Below are positions 63,433-64,000 of a DNA stretch of 64,000 bases, piece by piece (within the stretch, counting starts at the first letter, position 1; each line of letters begins with the position of its first letter). Position numbers and translations under genes: made by a program. The stretch is from an uncultured Microthrixaceae bacterium (GTDB taxonomy: Bacteria > Actinomycetota > Acidimicrobiia > Acidimicrobiales > VFJN01). Where the stretch lies: contig CAVSIC010000029.1 of NCBI GenBank assembly GCA_963727905.1, positions 2,953-66,952 on the forward strand. Direction: 5' to 3'. The notes beneath the pieces are model-generated. The model was not told the DNA's origin. It saw only the letters and a program-made list of their open reading frames with translations, and ran no database searches.

Positions 63433-64000
63433 GGAAGTCCTTCCCCGTCGAAGACCTCGCTCGCGACGACCGGTTCGTCCGGGTCTCGATGATGGACCGG
63501 ATGATGGATCCGCGGAACTCCGACACCGCGACCGCCGGCTCCAGCAGCCGTCGCGGCGCGGGCCGCCTCACGCCCGACCGCGCCGACGCCCCCGATGCGG
63601 CGCGCGCGCTCATGCACGGCATCTTCGTGGGCGAGATCCAGGCCCTCGAGGGCGCCGGGCGCACCTGCTGGGACTTCGAGGTCGGCAGCGGCAACGGCGA
63701 GGGCATCGGGGAGATCCCCTTCGAGCTGAAGCTCGACATGGCCCGCCAGTGCTGGGACGAGGCCCGCCACTGCGAGATCTCCATCAAGCTCAGCGACCAC
63801 ATGGGCACCGAGCTGGGCGAGTTCTCCGAGTCGCCGTTCCTCTACGAGGCCGCCTGCAACCCCGACCCCGTGCTCCGCCTCACCGGCGTGAACCGGGCGC
63901 TCGAGGGGCTCGCCATCGACGTCTTCAACACGATGCGGGAGTTCGGCGACGTGGCCGGCGACCCGATCCTCGAGTTCTGCGAGGACTGGATGCTCGCCGA
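63429..64000 (+). CDS. ferritin-like di-iron protein, DUF455-like (3' end beyond the window)
   Basis: This open frame is absent from the ORF track because no stop is reached. It reads MRKSFPVEDLARDDRFVRVSMMDRMMDPRN...ALMHGIFVGEIQALEGAGRTCWDF...LDMARQCWDEARHCEISIKL...VNRALEGLAIDVFNTMREFG. Confidence 0.6.
   Translation, partial: MRKSFPVEDLARDDRFVRVSMMDRMMDPRNSDTATAGSSSRRGAGRLTPDRADAPDAARALMHGIFVGEIQALEGAGRTCWDFEVGSGNGEGIGEIPFELKLDMARQCWDEARHCEISIKLSDHMGTELGEFSESPFLYEAACNPDPVLRLTGVNRALEGLAIDVFNTMREFGDVAGDPILEFCEDWMLA

Noticed and set aside
1-64000. CRISPR arrays, IS elements, transposases, restriction-modification or other recognised defence systems
   Set aside because: I saw no regularly spaced direct repeats and no transposase, integrase, Cas, methyltransferase or endonuclease signatures in any frame. 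The only tandem repeat is the 3 x 16 nt unit at 20825-20867.

Overview
This is a very GC-rich, gene-dense chromosomal segment of an actinobacterium-type genome. Markers for that call are a WhiB-family regulator, a GlnR-type orphan response regulator, GSII glnII, and an ArsA/Get3-like ATPase pair next to whiB and a class A PBP. I can support about 70 protein genes or gene remnants, one tRNA-Pro(CGG), and a set of hairpins and repeat operators.

Layout:
- 1-7.7 kb: potassium block. kdpA, kdpF, kdpE and kdpD lie on the minus strand, followed by a DUF4118 sensor-domain protein, an APC-type permease and a small OB-fold protein.
- 7.7-26 kb: conserved core genes. These are a GNAT, a REC/STAS pair, two ArsA-like ATPases, NfeD, whiB, a thioesterase, clpP, an SRPBCC/ArsR pair, a class A PBP, a degenerate trypsin-like protein, fxsA, a NUDIX-MBL fusion, Mrp/ApbC, an A-type Fe-S carrier, a Tat lipoprotein, a 2Fe-2S/XDH-like protein and RidA.
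- 26.3-32 kb: nitrogen cluster (glnR-type regulator, glnA2-like GS, GSII, GSI). It is interrupted by an XRE/nucleotidyltransferase two-gene cassette.
- 32-54 kb: mixed accessory genes. These include an APH-like kinase, an orphan SBP, TetR/SDR, NmrA-like, CPBP, an ECF sigma, VOC, ArsR-ArsC, PsiE, an MFS and an 1103-aa cyclase-NTPase-TPR protein. They continue with a 4-gene envelope operon, a TauD remnant, a cupredoxin/di-iron/ChoD cluster, GerW, NRDE and an esterase.
- 54-58.3 kb: glnE and nadE.
- 58.3-64 kb: a HAD hydrolase, a membrane adenylate cyclase, an MFS/TetR pair and two ferritin-like genes. The last one is cut by the window edge.

I saw no transposase, integrase, phage gene, CRISPR array or recognised defence system.

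The most conspicuous anomaly is data-like. I count roughly 60 frame-breaking indels in the first ~26 kb, against only about 5 disruptions in the remaining 38 kb.

The best candidates for uncharacterised biology are:
- the XRE/NTase cassette wedged between glnII and glnA;
- a phased four-site GlnR-box-like operator;
- phased repeats shared by the two kdp promoters;
- the translationally coupled cupredoxin / membrane / di-iron / ChoD cluster;
- a four-gene small envelope-protein operon;
- a ferritin-like gene pair at the right edge.

All family names come from reading the translations against remembered family signatures. No database search was run.
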